Below, piece by piece: positions 62,393-64,000 of a stretch of DNA of 64,000 bases. The stretch comes from Takakia lepidozioides. Its lineage: Eukaryota; Plantae; Bryophyta. Below the pieces are notes generated by a model, which worked only from the letters and a program-made list of their open reading frames with translations, did not search any database and had not been told where the DNA came from. The position numbers and the translations under genes are program-made. Within the stretch, counting starts at the first letter, position 1. Each line of letters begins with the position of its first letter. The DNA lies in NCBI GenBank assembly GCA_030704615.1, contig CM060732.1, positions 64,790,001 through 64,854,000 on the forward strand, written 5' to 3'.

Positions 62393-64000
62393 GATTGTAC
62401 TCATAAGACGTTGTTTGCCGTAGCCTTGTGGCCATTGACCCCGGGAACAAAAGGGACAGAACCTACCACTGTCAGGGGCTGAACGTTGGTAGTAAGACGT
62501 ACCTCCATATAAAGAATTAATCCGGGTTTTCCAGATATCCTCTAGAAATCCCTTCACACAAGCATCAATCTGCTGTGTGTGATTTGCCCAAAAACTAGGC
62601 CTCAGGAGGGCCTGGGCTTTTGGCTCAGCCTCGAGACTTTCAAAGTTGGTAAACAGGGGTACAGGCACAATTCCCTTAATAGATTTGAAGAGAGCGTCTC
62701 TTTGGTGAGAGAACCCCGGACAGTGTATCAGAAAATGAATACTGTCTTCAGATTGCCCACACAACGGGCAATTGCACTCTCCCTTTCCTCTCTGCTTCTG
62801 TTTGCTGTTCAAAGGTAGGCTTCCTGCCCTGGGTTTAAATTTCAGTCTAGTGCCGAGAGTGGGTAGACCCTGAGGTCATCCAAGATGTCCTCCCCATGTC
62901 ACAGACTGGAAACAAGTTCAGGGAAGTTTTCTGCCTAACTTCATTTTCATCAGACAATCTCATGGCAAACAGACATGGCTGAGGACACTACAGCCTCTAA
63001 GTCAGATTTATCCAGCAGGGTCAAGACTTGCGGATCCAGGTCCAGGTCCTTGAGGATCTCTTCTACTCTCTTCTGCCAGGACTTAGCCTGTTTGACAGGG
63101 CGGTCCTGTTTCCAAGATATAGAGTCGATTAACTTAGGATATCTGGTGTTGGGCATATGTTGCAGCTGACCCCACCATCTGACCTTGAATTCATCTCGTC
63201 GGGAGCTTTAAGGACGGAATGCCAAACTCACCCCGAACAGCCACATTGGCTGTTTTGGAGCATGCTGACATACACTCCTTAAGCACCCCCACTTGAATGG
63301 ATTCTAGAGACTTAGCCTGGTTGGAGTTATCAACCATTATAGCAGATCCGTACTCCAAGGCAGGTCTAATAACGCGACAAAGCATGGTTTTCTTAACCTC
63401 AGAGTGACCCCTCTGCAGTGGAAAAATTTAGTGAGCCCCAGAGCTTTGCCCTTGCCAGTTTGAACAACTTTCCGGATATGTGCATCCCAATTACAATTGG
63501 AGGAGAACTCAACGCCCAGGTAAGTGTAGGAAGGGAGGACCGGGATCTCTGCTACCCCACTGCCACTTAAGATCACTTCCTCCTCTCCTCTGTCGTTGAA
63601 TGCTACCACTGCACATTTGCTGACATTAGCCTCTAGCCCCCAAAGATCAAAGTATCTCTTCGCGCAATCAATCAACTCCTGGAGATTGGTTGGAGTCTCC
63701 CCTATGCCTTCGAAGTCATCCGCAAACATAAGGGCTGGTATGGTTATCACCCACCCTTAACCCAAATCCCTCACTTTCCACATCCTCGAGGAGTTGATGA
63801 TGAAAACATTGAAGAGCAGAGGGGAGAGAGTACATCCTTGAGCTACACCTTGGTCTATGTCAAAGAAGTTGGACTTCTGTCCGTTAACAGTGACACAGCT
63901 TTTGTGTGTGAGCATACAAGTTGTGGACAACTCTCCACATCTTTCCCTTGATCCCACAAGACCAGAGGCGGAACCATAGGCCATCTCTCCACACTGTGTC
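62393..64000 (-). mobile_element. LINE family B, RT to 3' end (continues beyond the window)
   Basis: QGVAQGCTLSPLLFNVFI, LMFADD, YTYLGVEF, CPLC...HFLIHC and the conserved tail; several frameshifts. Confidence 0.93.

Overview
Nuclear DNA of a non-seed land plant, probably a bryophyte. This is inferred from a bryophyte-type 18S fragment, a moss-type hAT transposase relic, a hydrolase-NLR-type domain and PLS-PPR/DYW sequences. Six genes look intact or nearly so: DUF1223 (2 exons), a BTL/RNF126-type RING-H2 ligase, a PLS-class PPR that stops at the PG box, a chloroplast ACHT/Lilium-type thioredoxin (4 exons), a stand-alone N-myristoylated alpha/beta-hydrolase resembling the N-terminal domain of bryophyte hydrolase-NLRs (4 exons), and an intronless secreted 12-Cys protein resembling fungal Ecp2/Hce2/KP4-fold proteins. 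Pseudogenes include a second copy of the secreted protein, OSB, GH79 heparanase-like, DYW and F-box relics. The rest is dense with mobile DNA: Gypsy, Copia, two LINE families, hAT, CACTA, a mariner-like MITE and three TTAA-flanked TIR elements. The most notable observations are two piggyBac-like insertions supported by empty sites inside the window, a possible defence cluster at 41-59 kb, a self-priming LTR signature, a LINE family that may prefer TTCAAG targets, and captured 18S and PPR fragments inside transposons. All family calls come from motif recognition by eye; no database searches were run.
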